Made by a program: the position numbers and the translations under genes
The notes under the pieces: generated by a model
Database searches by the model: none
Told to the model about the DNA's origin: nothing
Seen by the model: the letters and a program-made list of their open reading frames with translations, nothing else
IMG/VR virus record: IMGVR_UViG_3300037484_000800
Span: 1-43,256 of that record
Direction: 5' to 3' (one strand)
DNA length: 43,256 nucleotides
Source of the DNA: a virus
Lineage: Duplodnaviria > Caudoviricetes
Shown here: in pieces, positions 14,715-25,967 of the stretch
Layout: every line of letters begins with the position of its first letter
Position numbering within the stretch: position 1 is the first letter of the stretch

Positions 14715-17700
14715 AAACCTAACCTCCGTATTTTACGCTGATAAGATTTTTCATATTTAGCTTGACGCTCTCTGTATCCAGGCGTTTTCTTAAGGGCTTT
14801 ATTCCTTTTTTCCTGCGCTTTTTCCATTATTTCCCGGATACGAATCGCGTCTTCCTGGTCTTTAAAAAAATCTTTCTGCTTTACACCGACTAAAAAAGAC
14901 ATGGTTTTAAAGAATTTATCCATATCTTCCGTCGTGTCCTTATATCCTACATTATTTTCTAGCCATGTTTCAAGTTGTGGAATAAAAGTTGTTGCCGTAT
15001 CTAGTAAATTATCTAAGCGCTGAATAATAATAAAATTGTCTTCTAAGACCTGTTTTACCTTACCATCAATTTTAAGCTCGCCTTTTTCTCCACGTTCTGC
15101 CTGGAGGCCATCCTCGAAGCCTGCTACCCGCATAAGGCCGTCTACAAACTGCATTACAACAGGTTTATCTAAAAAAAGACTTAACACCCGTGGAGCTGTT
15201 TCTGTATCTTTTAAAGCACGCTTTTTAAAGGAATCCCAGCCTTCATCCTGGCGAAGATAGACATTTACTATACTTTTGATAAGTGGATTCGCTGAAGAAA
15301 GTATTTCATCGCGTATTTCTTCAGGAGTCCAGACAGGCATTGGGATTCCTGTTTCTGTCATCTCAAAACGTAAAGGAAGTTTATTTATATCAGCCATTGG
15401 ACCAGGGAAGCTTATCCCGGGAAGGCTTTGTAAGGTCCGGACAGTACCGTCTTCTTGCCCTGTTACCATCGCCCCCCCCTCTCGTAACCAATCGGGAACC
15501 TGTGAGCGGTCGTAATCTTCCTCAATTGCTCCTTGTACTTTAAAGGCTGTAGAATACATAGAGCGTACATTGCTTTTGAGTCTAAAAATATTTGTCATTT
15601 GCAATGATATATTTTTCCGCAACCAGGTATAAAAAGGTATAGCTGCTTTCATGTATTTCTGTTCGAATTCCGTAAGGTCTGAATAATCAAAAAACCACTT
15701 CTTAGCGTCCATTACTGCAAAGTCTATATGATTTTGACTTATATCTCCTACTCTGGCTGCCATATCCTGCAAGTCCATAAGCATAGATTGAAATTTAGGA
15801 GTTGATTCTATTACTGAACCAATTTCCCGGCTACCTTTAAAAGCGATATTATCCTGGCTGAAAATATTAGCCAAAGCCAGTCCCTTTTTAGATTTAGTCA
15901 GTTCTTTTACTGTTGTTTCAACATCAAAACCCATAATGTTTTTTGAAATAATTCCTGATTTCCTGGCTTCCGTTGCCAGTTCTTTAATCGTTTTTCCACC
16001 TATTGGTTTATTTAATATTTCAGCAACCCTGGCCTTTGGCAGTTTTAGCGTATTAAATATCTCTTCACCGTATAAAGCGTATGCAGTTCCTACTAAAGCG
16101 TCCATGGACTGCTTAGGATTAAAAGCTCTAGGCCCAAACTTAAGAAAAAGTTGTGTATTATTACTTTGAGCGTTACGCAAATGAAATCCTGGCGTAAGAG
16201 TTGCCATACCTTTCCACCAGGAAGAAAAAGCCCTGGCACGTTCTAAAAACCAATTAACTCCTTCATCGTTATTTGTTACCGGTATTACCCGGTTAACTAT
16301 ATCCGCTACATCTTTATCAAACCAATACTTTTCAAGCCCTGGTACTTTTTCTCTGTATAAGCCTAATTCGCTTAAATCAGCGTCTGCCCTTGTCAGTGCC
16401 TCTATTATATGTGGATTATCTTTAAGTATTTCCTGTGAAATATCGTCAAAACTAATTCCAAACTCCCGGAATTGTTTCAGCATATTCCCATTAGCTACCG
16501 CTTGAGCATGCGCTATAGAACGGTGTAGAAGCATTTCTTCTAAATCTAAGTTAAATGTCGACCAGTTTTTTTTTGTGACCAAGATTTCTGCTGTTTCTTT
16601 GTCTATTCCTAAAAGTACACTTAATTTTTCTATTTCTTGGTTAATAGTCTCAAGAGTAAGGTAATTTTTTTCTTTAGTAAATCGCGGAGCTCGTGAACCG
16701 GTAATGCTTCCAGGTTTAGCGTTAAAGTAATCTTTTTTATTCTTTACACTTGGCAAGTAGTTAGCAAACTCTCCAAAGCTTTTTAAAAGACCTTGCTGTA
16801 CTAATTCTTCTTCTTCTTTACGCAAAGTTTTAAAATATGTCTGTATCTGATCTGATAAAAACTTTACTTTAGCAAATTCTTTTTCATCAACTCCCAGGGC
16901 TTTTAAAGCTTGCGAATTATTAAATAAATCAGCTAATCCTATATTTTTAAACTCTGCTTGAGCAATTACATTGCGAACTTTTTCTCGTATTGTATCATCA
17001 TAACCTTCAAGAATAGACTGAACTTGTTTTACTTTTTGTTCGGCAAGCCATTGAAATTCATTAGTAGCCGCATTTTTTTTTATATTAAGCATAGTCTGGT
17101 AAGGATTACGAAACCCGAATGCTTTACGTAAAAAGCCAATAGGCCCTCTATTGGTTATAGACCAGACAGCATCATCATATATTCCACCTATTTTACTATT
17201 TTGGATACTTTGTTTAAATGTATTCCAGGATTTAGAAATGGGAGTGTCCCCTCTGAATTTTGTAAAAGCTTCTTTTCCAAACAAGTTTAAAGCGGATTCC
17301 CCGGCTCCTGTCCAGTTGACGCCCTCAAGCCCTGCCATTTCCCCTTCAAACGATTTAAATTTTTCAAAAAGATCTGCCGCTTCCTGGCCGCCGGTAAGTG
17401 ATTTTGCAAACTTTTCCGGGCTACCTGAAGTCTTTCTAAGCTCATCCATAAAAGGAATACCGGTTAGCTTTTCAGCTTCAGTAGGCCAAAGTTTATTACT
17501 AACAGTTTCTTGTCCTTTTTTAATACTTTCTATCAATTCTGCTTTAAGCTGATCAGGAGTAGAACGTAAGGCTTTATCATAACTTTGCCGATATACTTTA
17601 TCTAAATATCTGGCTATTCCGCCATTTTTTAAATCATATTTAGCTATATATCGTTTTGCCGCGTCATCTTTATTGGCAGTAATAAGTTTTAGCAATTTAT

Positions 17701-18313
17701 CTTTATCCAGACCTTTTTGATAAAGTTTAGCCATATCGCCAATATCGTCCAGATTTTTAATTGCCAGTTTTACTGAACGCTGCGCAAAGTCACCGGCTAC
17801 AGACTTAGCTACCTTAGTAGAGCCGCCACTTATATACGTAGTAGGGTCAAGCAGCACATCCCCGATAAAGCCTATAACATCTTCTATATTAGTTGGCCCA
17901 ATTATGGGAATATCCACCTTGTTACGCATAAACTCCGGGGTATCACTACCGGTTACTGATTTATAAATACCCTGGAATTTTCCTAATTCACCAGGATCTT
18001 GACCTCCAAATAAAGTACCCTTCCAGGTTCCTTTGCGTTCTCCGGTTAATCCTTTTAAAATGCCTTCTAACGGATTAACAGCTTCACCGCTTACAAGCCT
18101 GGTTACATCTTCACCAAGATTAGCGGTAACATACTGCCCGCGGGAAAGTAAATCCATTACGAGTTCTAAAGGCTGTAGCCAGTTGCTTTCTCGTTCTTTT
18201 TTTGCTTTTTCCCCTTGAACATAAGGTAGTAAATCACGTTCCGCGTCGGTCATTCTTTGACGATTTAAAGGATTATAATTTTTATAATTATATCGATTAA
18301 TAAAATTAGGCAT
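14711..18313 (-). CDS. Large internal virion/DNA ejection protein
   Basis: 1200 aa, helical; FDYSDLT...IPFYTW motif; podovirus synteny. Confidence 0.65.
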   Translation of the reverse strand: MPNFINRYNYKNYNPLNRQRMTDAERDLLPYVQGEKAKKERESNWLQPLELVMDLLSRGQYVTANLGEDVTRLVSGEAVNPLEGILKGLTGERKGTWKGTLFGGQDPGELGKFQGIYKSVTGSDTPEFMRNKVDIPIIGPTNIEDVIGFIGDVLLDPTTYISGGSTKVAKSVAGDFAQRSVKLAIKNLDDIGDMAKLYQKGLDKDKLLKLITANKDDAAKRYIAKYDLKNGGIARYLDKVYRQSYDKALRSTPDQLKAELIESIKKGQETVSNKLWPTEAEKLTGIPFMDELRKTSGSPEKFAKSLTGGQEAADLFEKFKSFEGEMAGLEGVNWTGAGESALNLFGKEAFTKFRGDTPISKSWNTFKQSIQNSKIGGIYDDAVWSITNRGPIGFLRKAFGFRNPYQTMLNIKKNAATNEFQWLAEQKVKQVQSILEGYDDTIREKVRNVIAQAEFKNIGLADLFNNSQALKALGVDEKEFAKVKFLSDQIQTYFKTLRKEEEELVQQGLLKSFGEFANYLPSVKNKKDYFNAKPGSITGSRAPRFTKEKNYLTLETINQEIEKLSVLLGIDKETAEILVTKKNWSTFNLDLEEMLLHRSIAHAQAVANGNMLKQFREFGISFDDISQEILKDNPHIIEALTRADADLSELGLYREKVPGLEKYWFDKDVADIVNRVIPVTNNDEGVNWFLERARAFSSWWKGMATLTPGFHLRNAQSNNTQLFLKFGPRAFNPKQSMDALVGTAYALYGEEIFNTLKLPKARVAEILNKPIGGKTIKELATEARKSGIISKNIMGFDVETTVKELTKSKKGLALANIFSQDNIAFKGSREIGSVIESTPKFQSMLMDLQDMAARVGDISQNHIDFAVMDAKKWFFDYSDLTEFEQKYMKAAIPFYTWLRKNISLQMTNIFRLKSNVRSMYSTAFKVQGAIEEDYDRSQVPDWLREGGAMVTGQEDGTVRTLQSLPGISFPGPMADINKLPLRFEMTETGIPMPVWTPEEIRDEILSSANPLIKSIVNVYLRQDEGWDSFKKRALKDTETAPRVLSLFLDKPVVMQFVDGLMRVAGFEDGLQAERGEKGELKIDGKVKQVLEDNFIIIQRLDNLLDTATTFIPQLETWLENNVGYKDTTEDMDKFFKTMSFLVGVKQKDFFKDQEDAIRIREIMEKAQEKRNKALKKTPGYRERQAKYEKSYQRKIRRLGL

Positions 18314-19305
18314 TATTTATTAGGTCTCTTTTTAAAGAACTCTGATTCAAGAAGTGGTAAATTACGTTGTGGGATAATTTCTTCTTCTTTTTTCTTAGGA
18401 ACTGGTATGATTCCGGTATAATTAGGTTGTTTATTACCATTTAAATATTTTAAAAGTTGATTAATTAATGCGGTTCCAGGTGATAAATTTAAAAATTTAC
18501 TTATTACTTCATTTGTACTTTTCGGCGGTTCTGTCCATGATTTTATCGCTTCATAAACTGCGTTATTTGGCGCTGGTAAATATGGGAAAATTGCATCAGC
18601 CCAGTTTTTAATCAAACCCAATAATTCATCTGGCTTTTTGGTTCCTCCTGCATCATTTAAAGCTTGTCTCATTCTATAATTAATCCATTTTGTAGAATAT
18701 TCTAATGCTGTTTTTTTCTGTCCATTTGTCCATTTAGGATTATTATAATTTATAAAATCGTTAAACCTTTTTTGTAATTCATCAAAATCAACAGACGACC
18801 AATCACTTATTCTTCCTTCTGTGGAAACAATACTTTTGCCATCTCTACCTTTTAACGTATTTTCATCTGCCCACATAGCTGCTAAACCGCTAAAACCCGT
18901 TTCCATATCAGCAAAAAAATCGTCTTCTTTTTCGTCTTCTTTATCTCCATAACCCTTAGGTTCATGTCCAAACTCTACAACCGTCCTATTATACAGATTT
19001 TTAGGAGCTCCAAATCTTTCTAATACTTTTTCTGAATATACTCCGCTTGCCGTATCTTTATTAAATCCCAATCCTTCGTCAAATTGCCTAGATCGTTCTG
19101 CTCTTTCAAGATTTGCCTGTTCTTCCTGGGAACGTCTAGTTCGTGCTGTTTGTAGAAAATCAAGCCCTGAAGTTACCCCTTGCCCAAGTTGGCCGATACC
19201 TTGCTGTAACAATTGACCGCCTTGTGCTAAATTTTGAGAAGCCTGCCCTCTAGCTTGTAGGACATTCTTTATTTTATTTAAGTTTTCTTCACTCCATGTA
19301 GCCAT
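18313..19305 (-). CDS. Putative ejection protein
   Basis: Gly/Gln-rich N-terminus; synteny. Confidence 0.55.
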   Translation of the reverse strand: MATWSEENLNKIKNVLQARGQASQNLAQGGQLLQQGIGQLGQGVTSGLDFLQTARTRRSQEEQANLERAERSRQFDEGLGFNKDTASGVYSEKVLERFGAPKNLYNRTVVEFGHEPKGYGDKEDEKEDDFFADMETGFSGLAAMWADENTLKGRDGKSIVSTEGRISDWSSVDFDELQKRFNDFINYNNPKWTNGQKKTALEYSTKWINYRMRQALNDAGGTKKPDELLGLIKNWADAIFPYLPAPNNAVYEAIKSWTEPPKSTNEVISKFLNLSPGTALINQLLKYLNGNKQPNYTGIIPVPKKKEEEIIPQRNLPLLESEFFKKRPNK

Positions 19306-19342
19306 AATTTACTCCTATCGATAACTTTTTGCTGCCGTTGGG

Positions 19343-21169
19343 CTATCTATTTGGAGCTGCCGCCGTTCCAGCCCCACTAGCAGTTGTTGTTCCAGCACTA
19401 CTGGCAGCAGGCTTAGTACCACTAGCAATCGCGGCCACGATTTGAGCACCAGCTCCAATCATACCTAAAATAACAGACCATGTTTGCATTCTCTGTTGAT
19501 TATTATATGCCCAGTCTTCACGCATTAAAGCCATATCTTGTAACATTTGAGTGTAAGGCACCATAGCAGAATTATACATATCCTGTATCTGTTGACGCAA
19601 TTCAGTATCAAGACCTAATTCTGCCATAATTCCTGTATAAATAGCTTCAGTATGCGCTCGTAACCCTTGTAAATCAGCACTATATTCCTGTAAATATTGT
19701 GCATTCGCGCTTTCTATCATAGATATTTCCTGGCCATAAACAGCTAACTGCATAGCAGCATTTTCCCGCTGTTTCTGGATAAAATCAGCGACATTAAGCT
19801 GACCTGTTTGTACCATAAATTGGTATTGCTGCATTTCCGAATCAAATTGAGCTTGCTGTCTAGCATAATTTTGTTCTGCTATTTTTAACCGATATTGAAT
19901 TTGCGTATTTGCTATTTGACTACTAATATTATCAGCTGTTACCAAAGCTTGAGCAGACCGCCCGCTGGCTCCTAAACTTTCAATAATTAGTTTTGTTTCT
20001 TCTCTGACCTGCTTAATATCACTCATAAACTGACGATCTTGTAAGTCTTTTTCTTCAGGAGTAAATCCTTGTTGTCCGCTAATCCCACCTTCAAGTAAAG
20101 CCGCTAAACCGCCAACTCTTTGTTGATATCCTGCTTCATTGCCTAACCCTAATATTCTACCAGCTTGGTTAAGACCGCCGCTTAACCATTCTTCTTGAGT
20201 TTCAGGATTTTGTATTTTGTCAATTAATCCCTGAATGGCATTCCAGGCTTTAGAATCTTTAATATTTTCAAAATTATACCCTTTTTCGTTCATGAAATCT
20301 GTAAGAGTAGGAACATCGGTATTTTGTGCTTCATCCAACATACCGGCCATTCTTCTTAAATCTTTGACAATATAAACGCGTCCATCTTGAAGTTGATATC
20401 CTTGAGCTATTGTCCGACCCTGGTCATCATAAAATACTTTAGGAGTAGCTCCGGATTCAGCTAAAGTACTTTCATCCGGTGCTTGTTGTGCCATTTGTGA
20501 TCGCATTTGCCCATACAAAGAGATTGCGGTTCCCCTTGCTCTTTCGAGATCGCCAGCATCTATTCCAAATTTACCATTTTCCGCCCCACTAAAAAATAAA
20601 GCGGCTATTGCATCTGGTCCTTGTAAAAATGCTCTTTTAATAATATCTTTGCTCCAGTAATCATCAAACCAGCTTGTATCCTTGTAAATTATTTTCCAAT
20701 ATTCTTCAAATGTATTATCTTGGATTTCTTTTCTTTTAGCTGTTAAATTTATATTAGCAAAAGAATTTTGTGCAAACCAATCATTAACAGATAAATTAGT
20801 TCCTTCTACTTTACTTGTAGACCAGTCTATACCGGTTGACGGAGTTTGTTCTGGAGTAGTTGCCGGCGGAGGAGTTTCTACTGGAGGAGTTTCTACTGGA
20901 GGAGTTTCTACTGGAGGAGTTTCTACTGGAGGAGTTTCTACTGGAGGAGTTTCTACTTTCGGGATAGTCTCCACAGGCACAATATTTTGCTGTATTGGTT
21001 TTTGTATAGGCTGCGATATAGAAGGCTGTACAATAGATGGTTGGATAGTTGGGCTTTGTACAGGTGACTGTGGGGGAAGAGTTGTACCAAGTTTATTTTG
21101 AGTAGGTTTTTTTTGCTGATAAGGATTCTGGACATTCATTAAATCAGCTAATCCATAAGTTAAAGGCAT
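19343..21169 (-). CDS. Putative ejection/pilot protein with VETPP repeats
   Basis: Gln-rich helices, Gly/Ala hydrophobic C-terminus; synteny. Confidence 0.55.
   Translation of the reverse strand: MPLTYGLADLMNVQNPYQQKKPTQNKLGTTLPPQSPVQSPTIQPSIVQPSISQPIQKPIQQNIVPVETIPKVETPPVETPPVETPPVETPPVETPPVETPPPATTPEQTPSTGIDWSTSKVEGTNLSVNDWFAQNSFANINLTAKRKEIQDNTFEEYWKIIYKDTSWFDDYWSKDIIKRAFLQGPDAIAALFFSGAENGKFGIDAGDLERARGTAISLYGQMRSQMAQQAPDESTLAESGATPKVFYDDQGRTIAQGYQLQDGRVYIVKDLRRMAGMLDEAQNTDVPTLTDFMNEKGYNFENIKDSKAWNAIQGLIDKIQNPETQEEWLSGGLNQAGRILGLGNEAGYQQRVGGLAALLEGGISGQQGFTPEEKDLQDRQFMSDIKQVREETKLIIESLGASGRSAQALVTADNISSQIANTQIQYRLKIAEQNYARQQAQFDSEMQQYQFMVQTGQLNVADFIQKQRENAAMQLAVYGQEISMIESANAQYLQEYSADLQGLRAHTEAIYTGIMAELGLDTELRQQIQDMYNSAMVPYTQMLQDMALMREDWAYNNQQRMQTWSVILGMIGAGAQIVAAIASGTKPAASSAGTTTASGAGTAAAPNR
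20868..20957 (-). repeat. Perfect 15-bp coding tandem repeat x6 (VETPP)
   Basis: GGAGGAGTTTCTACT x6 on the + strand. Confidence 0.95.
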
Positions 21170-23088
21170 GTAAAACTCCTTTCTTTTACTTCCAGTGAAA
21201 ATCCTGTTAAAGCTGCTGCCGTAGCTGCATTATGTCTTAAATGAAAAGATAAATTTTTACCGTCACAAGTATAAGGAGGAGTAATCAAAGTTTTATAAAA
21301 TCCCGTGCCTGTACTTACGGTTAAAGTAACAACAGTATTTACTGTTCCATCATCACTGTAAATAGTAAGCGTATGCGTAGCCCCGGTACTTCCTGAAACT
21401 TGTTTAATTTTAAGCCATATTCGACCAATATACTTTTTTAACATAAAATGCCCCCAGTCAAAATATCTGGTTTGCATTTTCATATCTATGGCCGTATCTG
21501 AACCGGTCAGGTTGTCAACAGCTCCATAATCGCATCTAGCAATATATGGAGTAGCCTGATCAACAATTCCTAATAAATAGCCATTGTCTCCAGAGCCTTT
21601 ATTATATATAAACCCATGGACTTTATAGGTTAAAAACTTAAAAAAAGAAGCTCTTTTATCGCCCATTTCGTCATCCCTGATTGTATCCGGGTCAAAAGAA
21701 AGAGTTACGCTATTTGTAGGGAAAGATACCCAATATTCATTTTGATAGCATATCCCACAGGCATTTGTCAGGGTATAAGAAGTAATATCTGTTTTAATAT
21801 GTTTAGAAATCTTTACTGCTTCGTTGCCATCCCATGCATAAATTCCATCTATGGCAACAAAGAATACATAGCGACCAACCATTACAGGCGACCGGTTAGC
21901 AATTGTACCTATATGCGATAAAGACCTGCTGCGTTGCCAGTTTTCATAACTTGTACCAGTAAATAAAAATATAGTATCTTCTTTAAAAACTAATAAAGCA
22001 TCAAAGTAAGATATCATGGAAATAATTTGCTTTCCACCTTCTCCAAAATATTCTATTTCACCTTCACGCCAACCGGTAACAGAATTATAAGGACTCATAT
22101 TAATTGTATTACTAGCAGCAAAAACTATTCTAGAATTGTGCGTAATAACAAATTGAGGCCGTTCGTTTTCCATAATTTGCGTTAAATATTGTGTATGATA
22201 AACCTGTAAATAATCCGCGCTAAAAGCGCTAGATGGCGCTGTGCCAAAAAGAATTAAAATTACATATTTATTTGATAAATAAGTAGCTGTAGATTGATCG
22301 TACGGCTCCCAAAGAAACTCGCCGTTTGAATCTAAAGGGATATTAAACTCTAAAGTTTTATCTCCTTCGGCGGTTGTCCAGGCCGGAGTCGATGTTAAAG
22401 TGAGACTAGTCCACGCTGTACCGTTCCAATATTGATAAGTGATACTAGCCGGAGAACCGGCCGCTTGCTGGCATCCTTTAAAAATAACTTTATTAAAAGT
22501 TAAATCACAGGAAATAAAGCAGCCGTCACCGTTAGTTGTTGAACAAACTTGAAAATCGTCTGTACCTGCATCCTGGGCATCTGTAGAATCATCGGTAAAA
22601 ACAGTTCCTACAGCTGTATATTGACCGGCGTCCCATTCTGTACTAGTTCTAGTTCTAGTATCATATGTCTCAAGATTTTTTACTAAAAAGCCAGAAGAAT
22701 AATAAATAATTGCCGGTTTATCTACTCCATTAACTGCTATAATAAACTCATTCAAAGCAGAAAACTCTACATTATAACCAGTCGTAAAGGCATACGTATT
22801 ATCAATTGCCGCTATGGTAGTTCCTGTCCCTTGATAAAAGTTTATTACTGAACCTGTATCAAGAGCCGCTATTGTTGTCCAAGCGCTATTAATATAAACC
22901 CGGATTCCGCCTCTCATTCCGGTAAAAGCAGATAAATTAGTAGTTGAATATTTTGTTAGTCCGTTTCGTTTTTGAAGGCCATTTCGCCACTGACAATTTT
23001 CTGCTACCCGAAGTTCATTATCTTTCATCAGTTCATTTAATGTGTCAGTGTGGTATCCTCCTTGAAAATTAAGTATATCTTTTATCAT
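21160..23088 (-). CDS. Tail nozzle/stabilisation protein (P22 gp10/T7 gp12-like)
   Basis: FQGG...AENC...LQKRNG N-terminus; beta-rich; position after the adaptor. Confidence 0.65.
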   Translation of the reverse strand: MIKDILNFQGGYHTDTLNELMKDNELRVAENCQWRNGLQKRNGLTKYSTTNLSAFTGMRGGIRVYINSAWTTIAALDTGSVINFYQGTGTTIAAIDNTYAFTTGYNVEFSALNEFIIAVNGVDKPAIIYYSSGFLVKNLETYDTRTRTSTEWDAGQYTAVGTVFTDDSTDAQDAGTDDFQVCSTTNGDGCFISCDLTFNKVIFKGCQQAAGSPASITYQYWNGTAWTSLTLTSTPAWTTAEGDKTLEFNIPLDSNGEFLWEPYDQSTATYLSNKYVILILFGTAPSSAFSADYLQVYHTQYLTQIMENERPQFVITHNSRIVFAASNTINMSPYNSVTGWREGEIEYFGEGGKQIISMISYFDALLVFKEDTIFLFTGTSYENWQRSRSLSHIGTIANRSPVMVGRYVFFVAIDGIYAWDGNEAVKISKHIKTDITSYTLTNACGICYQNEYWVSFPTNSVTLSFDPDTIRDDEMGDKRASFFKFLTYKVHGFIYNKGSGDNGYLLGIVDQATPYIARCDYGAVDNLTGSDTAIDMKMQTRYFDWGHFMLKKYIGRIWLKIKQVSGSTGATHTLTIYSDDGTVNTVVTLTVSTGTGFYKTLITPPYTCDGKNLSFHLRHNAATAAALTGFSLEVKERSFTCL

Positions 23089-24065
23089 AATGTTGAAAAA
23101 TCTATATCAATCGGCCTTTCTGCTGATTGTTTAGGGTACATCTTGGGATTATTATTAGCCTGGATAATATTGTATTTATTTTTAAGATATTCATACCTGG
23201 ATAAACATCTATCTGATTCTTTTGCTTCATGGTTACATTCTGCAATAAAAGACGACGCCCAAAAAACTATCGCCATTTGATAAGCTGCATCTATAGGTAA
23301 TTCTGTTGTTGCCTGGGTAGATGCGTCTGTAAAAACTGCCGGTTGATATTTATACCAAATATGAAACGATTCTTGCCGGTCAGGAACAGGGGAAAGATAG
23401 ATTTTTTTCTCTTGAATATTATAATATTCAGGAGTACCAAAACTTTCCGGTGAAGTAAAATGGTCATGCGGAGCAGGCTTAAGATGTTCGTCATCCCATT
23501 CTACAGCAATTATAGAAAGAAAATCATCGGGTAAAGGAGTTTCAATGGTGCAATCCTGTGGAAAATTACTTGTTAACGTCTGGGTACCAGTAGAAGCTCC
23601 ACCTAAAATTAATTCTGTGGCATCGACGTAAGTTTTACCACTTGGTGAAGCAATTGTAATAGCCGTACCATTTATAGTATCAATTGTAAATGTCCAAGAA
23701 GTTGTTGACCAAATTACAGTAAGATTAGCTCCCCCACCTATGGCTGTTCTTAAAGTAGCCTGCAAGTCAGAGGCTACCGTTGTTCCTGATATATCAGTTC
23801 TCGCTGTAGTCGTAATTGCTACATCTGTAACCGCTAAAGCATTTGTACCGCCTGTTATTGTTACGCGAATAGCAAAATTTGTTTCTGTATTAAACCGTGG
23901 GGTAATAGTTAAGTAATCTTCTTTTTTAAGTCCAGCGCTACAAGTATCTATAGCAAAAGTATTCATAGCCTGGTTAATAATTTCCATTACTCTTGTATCA
24001 CTATAACCATCACTTGAGGTACGGCTTAATTCTCTTATATGTGTTGTAGCTCCAGATAATGTCAT
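23085..24065 (-). CDS. Head-tail adaptor protein
   Basis: LPDDFL...GTPEYY...IYLSPVPD adaptor-like motifs. Confidence 0.6.
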   Translation of the reverse strand: MTLSGATTHIRELSRTSSDGYSDTRVMEIINQAMNTFAIDTCSAGLKKEDYLTITPRFNTETNFAIRVTITGGTNALAVTDVAITTTARTDISGTTVASDLQATLRTAIGGGANLTVIWSTTSWTFTIDTINGTAITIASPSGKTYVDATELILGGASTGTQTLTSNFPQDCTIETPLPDDFLSIIAVEWDDEHLKPAPHDHFTSPESFGTPEYYNIQEKKIYLSPVPDRQESFHIWYKYQPAVFTDASTQATTELPIDAAYQMAIVFWASSFIAECNHEAKESDRCLSRYEYLKNKYNIIQANNNPKMYPKQSAERPIDIDFSTL

Positions 24066-25264
24066 TATGTAAATATAGCTCCAGTCGAATTTTTATTGGT
24101 TACTTGTTCATCAGCTGTATCTATGTAGTCATTTCCTGCATTGGCTGCTTCATCCGTATTAAATGCAGCTGCATATGTACAATTAGCAAAACCATTTGCT
24201 ACACCACCAGCTCCATTTGTATCAATATCAGTAGCATAGCAAGCTCCTAACTCCGCACAACTTTCAAATCCATAAGCATGTTGACTTGCCACTGCTCCCG
24301 AATGATCTATCTTAGAAGCTAAACATCCTGTTACATAACTACAAGCTCTAAATCCAAACGCATCATCAGCGGAACTATCTATATCATTTGCAGTACAACC
24401 AACTACATTAGTACAACTGTAAAAGCCCATCGATTTACCTGCACTTGAATCAACATCATAAGCCTTGCAGCCGACAACTTCAGTACAAATATCAAATCCA
24501 AATGCATGAGAAAAATCCGAGTCTAGTGTTTCTGCGTAGCAACCTGTTACCCTATAGCAAGTGGTAAATCCTTTAACTACGTTTGCGCTTATGGAAAATA
24601 CATGATTTGCCTGTCCTTCTCTACACGCATTAAAGCCATATATACTACCATTTGTAGAAGATAGGGTATAAACATAACAGCCATTGCTTAAATGTGTTTG
24701 ATAAAATCCATGGATATCACCACTACTACTTAGATCATGTACCTGACAACCGTAAAATTGACTTGTTGGTCTAATCTCTGCATTTGCTGTTAATTCAACA
24801 AAAATCCCATACATTGCAGTATTGCTTAACCGATTAGAAACTCTACACTTTATACAAGTAACATCTTTAGCATTTATGTAAAGACTCTTTGTAACCGCTG
24901 CCGCGATACTACCAGTACCCTTAATCCATACATTTTCTAAATACGCATATTGTGTGTTTACTTCAAAATAACCTGCGGTATCACCTACATTAAAAAATGT
25001 TCCACCATCAAAAATAATTCTTGCACAATTGTTAGTCTTAAGTATTCCATATGTATCACCACCAGAAAGAAATCCAGAAAATGCATAATTAGCGGCTAAA
25101 TATTTAAAATAAAGACTTTTTATTTCGTCTCTTATTTTATAATTATTAGCGCTTGTTCTTGTTACTACAGCATTAAAGTCATCCTGTGAAGCTATTACCC
25201 AAAAAGGGGAATCTGTTATTTTATTGAAATAATCATATTGTTTTACACCATTTAAGACACGCAT
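24065..25264 (-). CDS. Cys-rich beta-helix repeat protein (fibre/spike-like)
   Basis: Repeating GFxxCxxVxGCxAxxID units. Confidence 0.6.
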   Translation of the reverse strand: MRVLNGVKQYDYFNKITDSPFWVIASQDDFNAVVTRTSANNYKIRDEIKSLYFKYLAANYAFSGFLSGGDTYGILKTNNCARIIFDGGTFFNVGDTAGYFEVNTQYAYLENVWIKGTGSIAAAVTKSLYINAKDVTCIKCRVSNRLSNTAMYGIFVELTANAEIRPTSQFYGCQVHDLSSSGDIHGFYQTHLSNGCYVYTLSSTNGSIYGFNACREGQANHVFSISANVVKGFTTCYRVTGCYAETLDSDFSHAFGFDICTEVVGCKAYDVDSSAGKSMGFYSCTNVVGCTANDIDSSADDAFGFRACSYVTGCLASKIDHSGAVASQHAYGFESCAELGACYATDIDTNGAGGVANGFANCTYAAAFNTDEAANAGNDYIDTADEQVTNKNSTGAIFT

Positions 25265-25278
25265 ATATATTCCTCACC

Positions 25279-25605
25279 TTAAGTTAGAGCTTCGTTAATC
25301 CGTTCATATTTTACAGTCAGACCCCAGGTACGAGCATTAGTGTTTGTATAAGCAAATACAACAGCATCGCCAGTTTCTATTTCATGCTTATCCGTATCGA
25401 CAAAATCAGTCAATGACACCATGTCTTCTTTTACATAAACAACGTCATAAACTGGATTAGTATGATCGTCCTTTGTCGCTGTGAAATATTCACTTGTTCC
25501 GCCCGCTGCGCTTAAATGCAATTCTATTTCTATTAGACGGCATTTTATTCCGGGTGTCCAGGTTTGCGCCATTGCGCCTGTTCCCGTATATTGATCTTGT
25601 GCCAA
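25279..25605 (-). CDS. Hypothetical virion protein
   Basis: AGGAG SD plus TTG start; beta-rich. Confidence 0.6.
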   Translation of the reverse strand: MAQDQYTGTGAMAQTWTPGIKCRLIEIELHLSAAGGTSEYFTATKDDHTNPVYDVVYVKEDMVSLTDFVDTDKHEIETGDAVVFAYTNTNARTWGLTVKYERINEALT

Positions 25606-25628
25606 AATACGCTCCTATTCTTTGCTTA

Positions 25629-25967
25629 TTAGCAGCCTACTTTTTTTGCTTCAAAACGAACGTCCGTTAAAGCAGCAATACTTATACCGTTTGGTATTTC
25701 TATTAAAACGCCGTCAGCCGCAGCATCATAGTCCGCATAAAGTATTTTTACTTTATTGTTTGTGTAGTCATACTCAAACACATAGCCGGAATTAGCCGGG
25801 ATAGTTACCAAATCGGGTGTAAATGGAAGGGTAAGCGATTCTCCACCAGTTGTATAAGTACTTGTAAAAACAAGAGTTCCGATATATAACCGGCTTCCCC
25901 TGACATTAAATTCCTGTTGTGTTGAAATCGTATTCATTCCAGCTTTAAGCGTGGGTGTTACAGCCAT
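25629..25967 (-). CDS. Hypothetical virion protein (likely start MAVTPT at 25967)
   Basis: AAGGA SD before ATG 25967; YTTGGESL motif. Confidence 0.6.
   Translation of the reverse strand: MAVTPTLKAGMNTISTQQEFNVRGSRLYIGTLVFTSTYTTGGESLTLPFTPDLVTIPANSGYVFEYDYTNNKVKILYADYDAAADGVLIEIPNGISIAALTDVRFEAKKVGC

Noticed and set aside
20846-21067. RSFYW-repeat ORF on the + strand
   Set aside because: Antisense reading of the VETPP repeat
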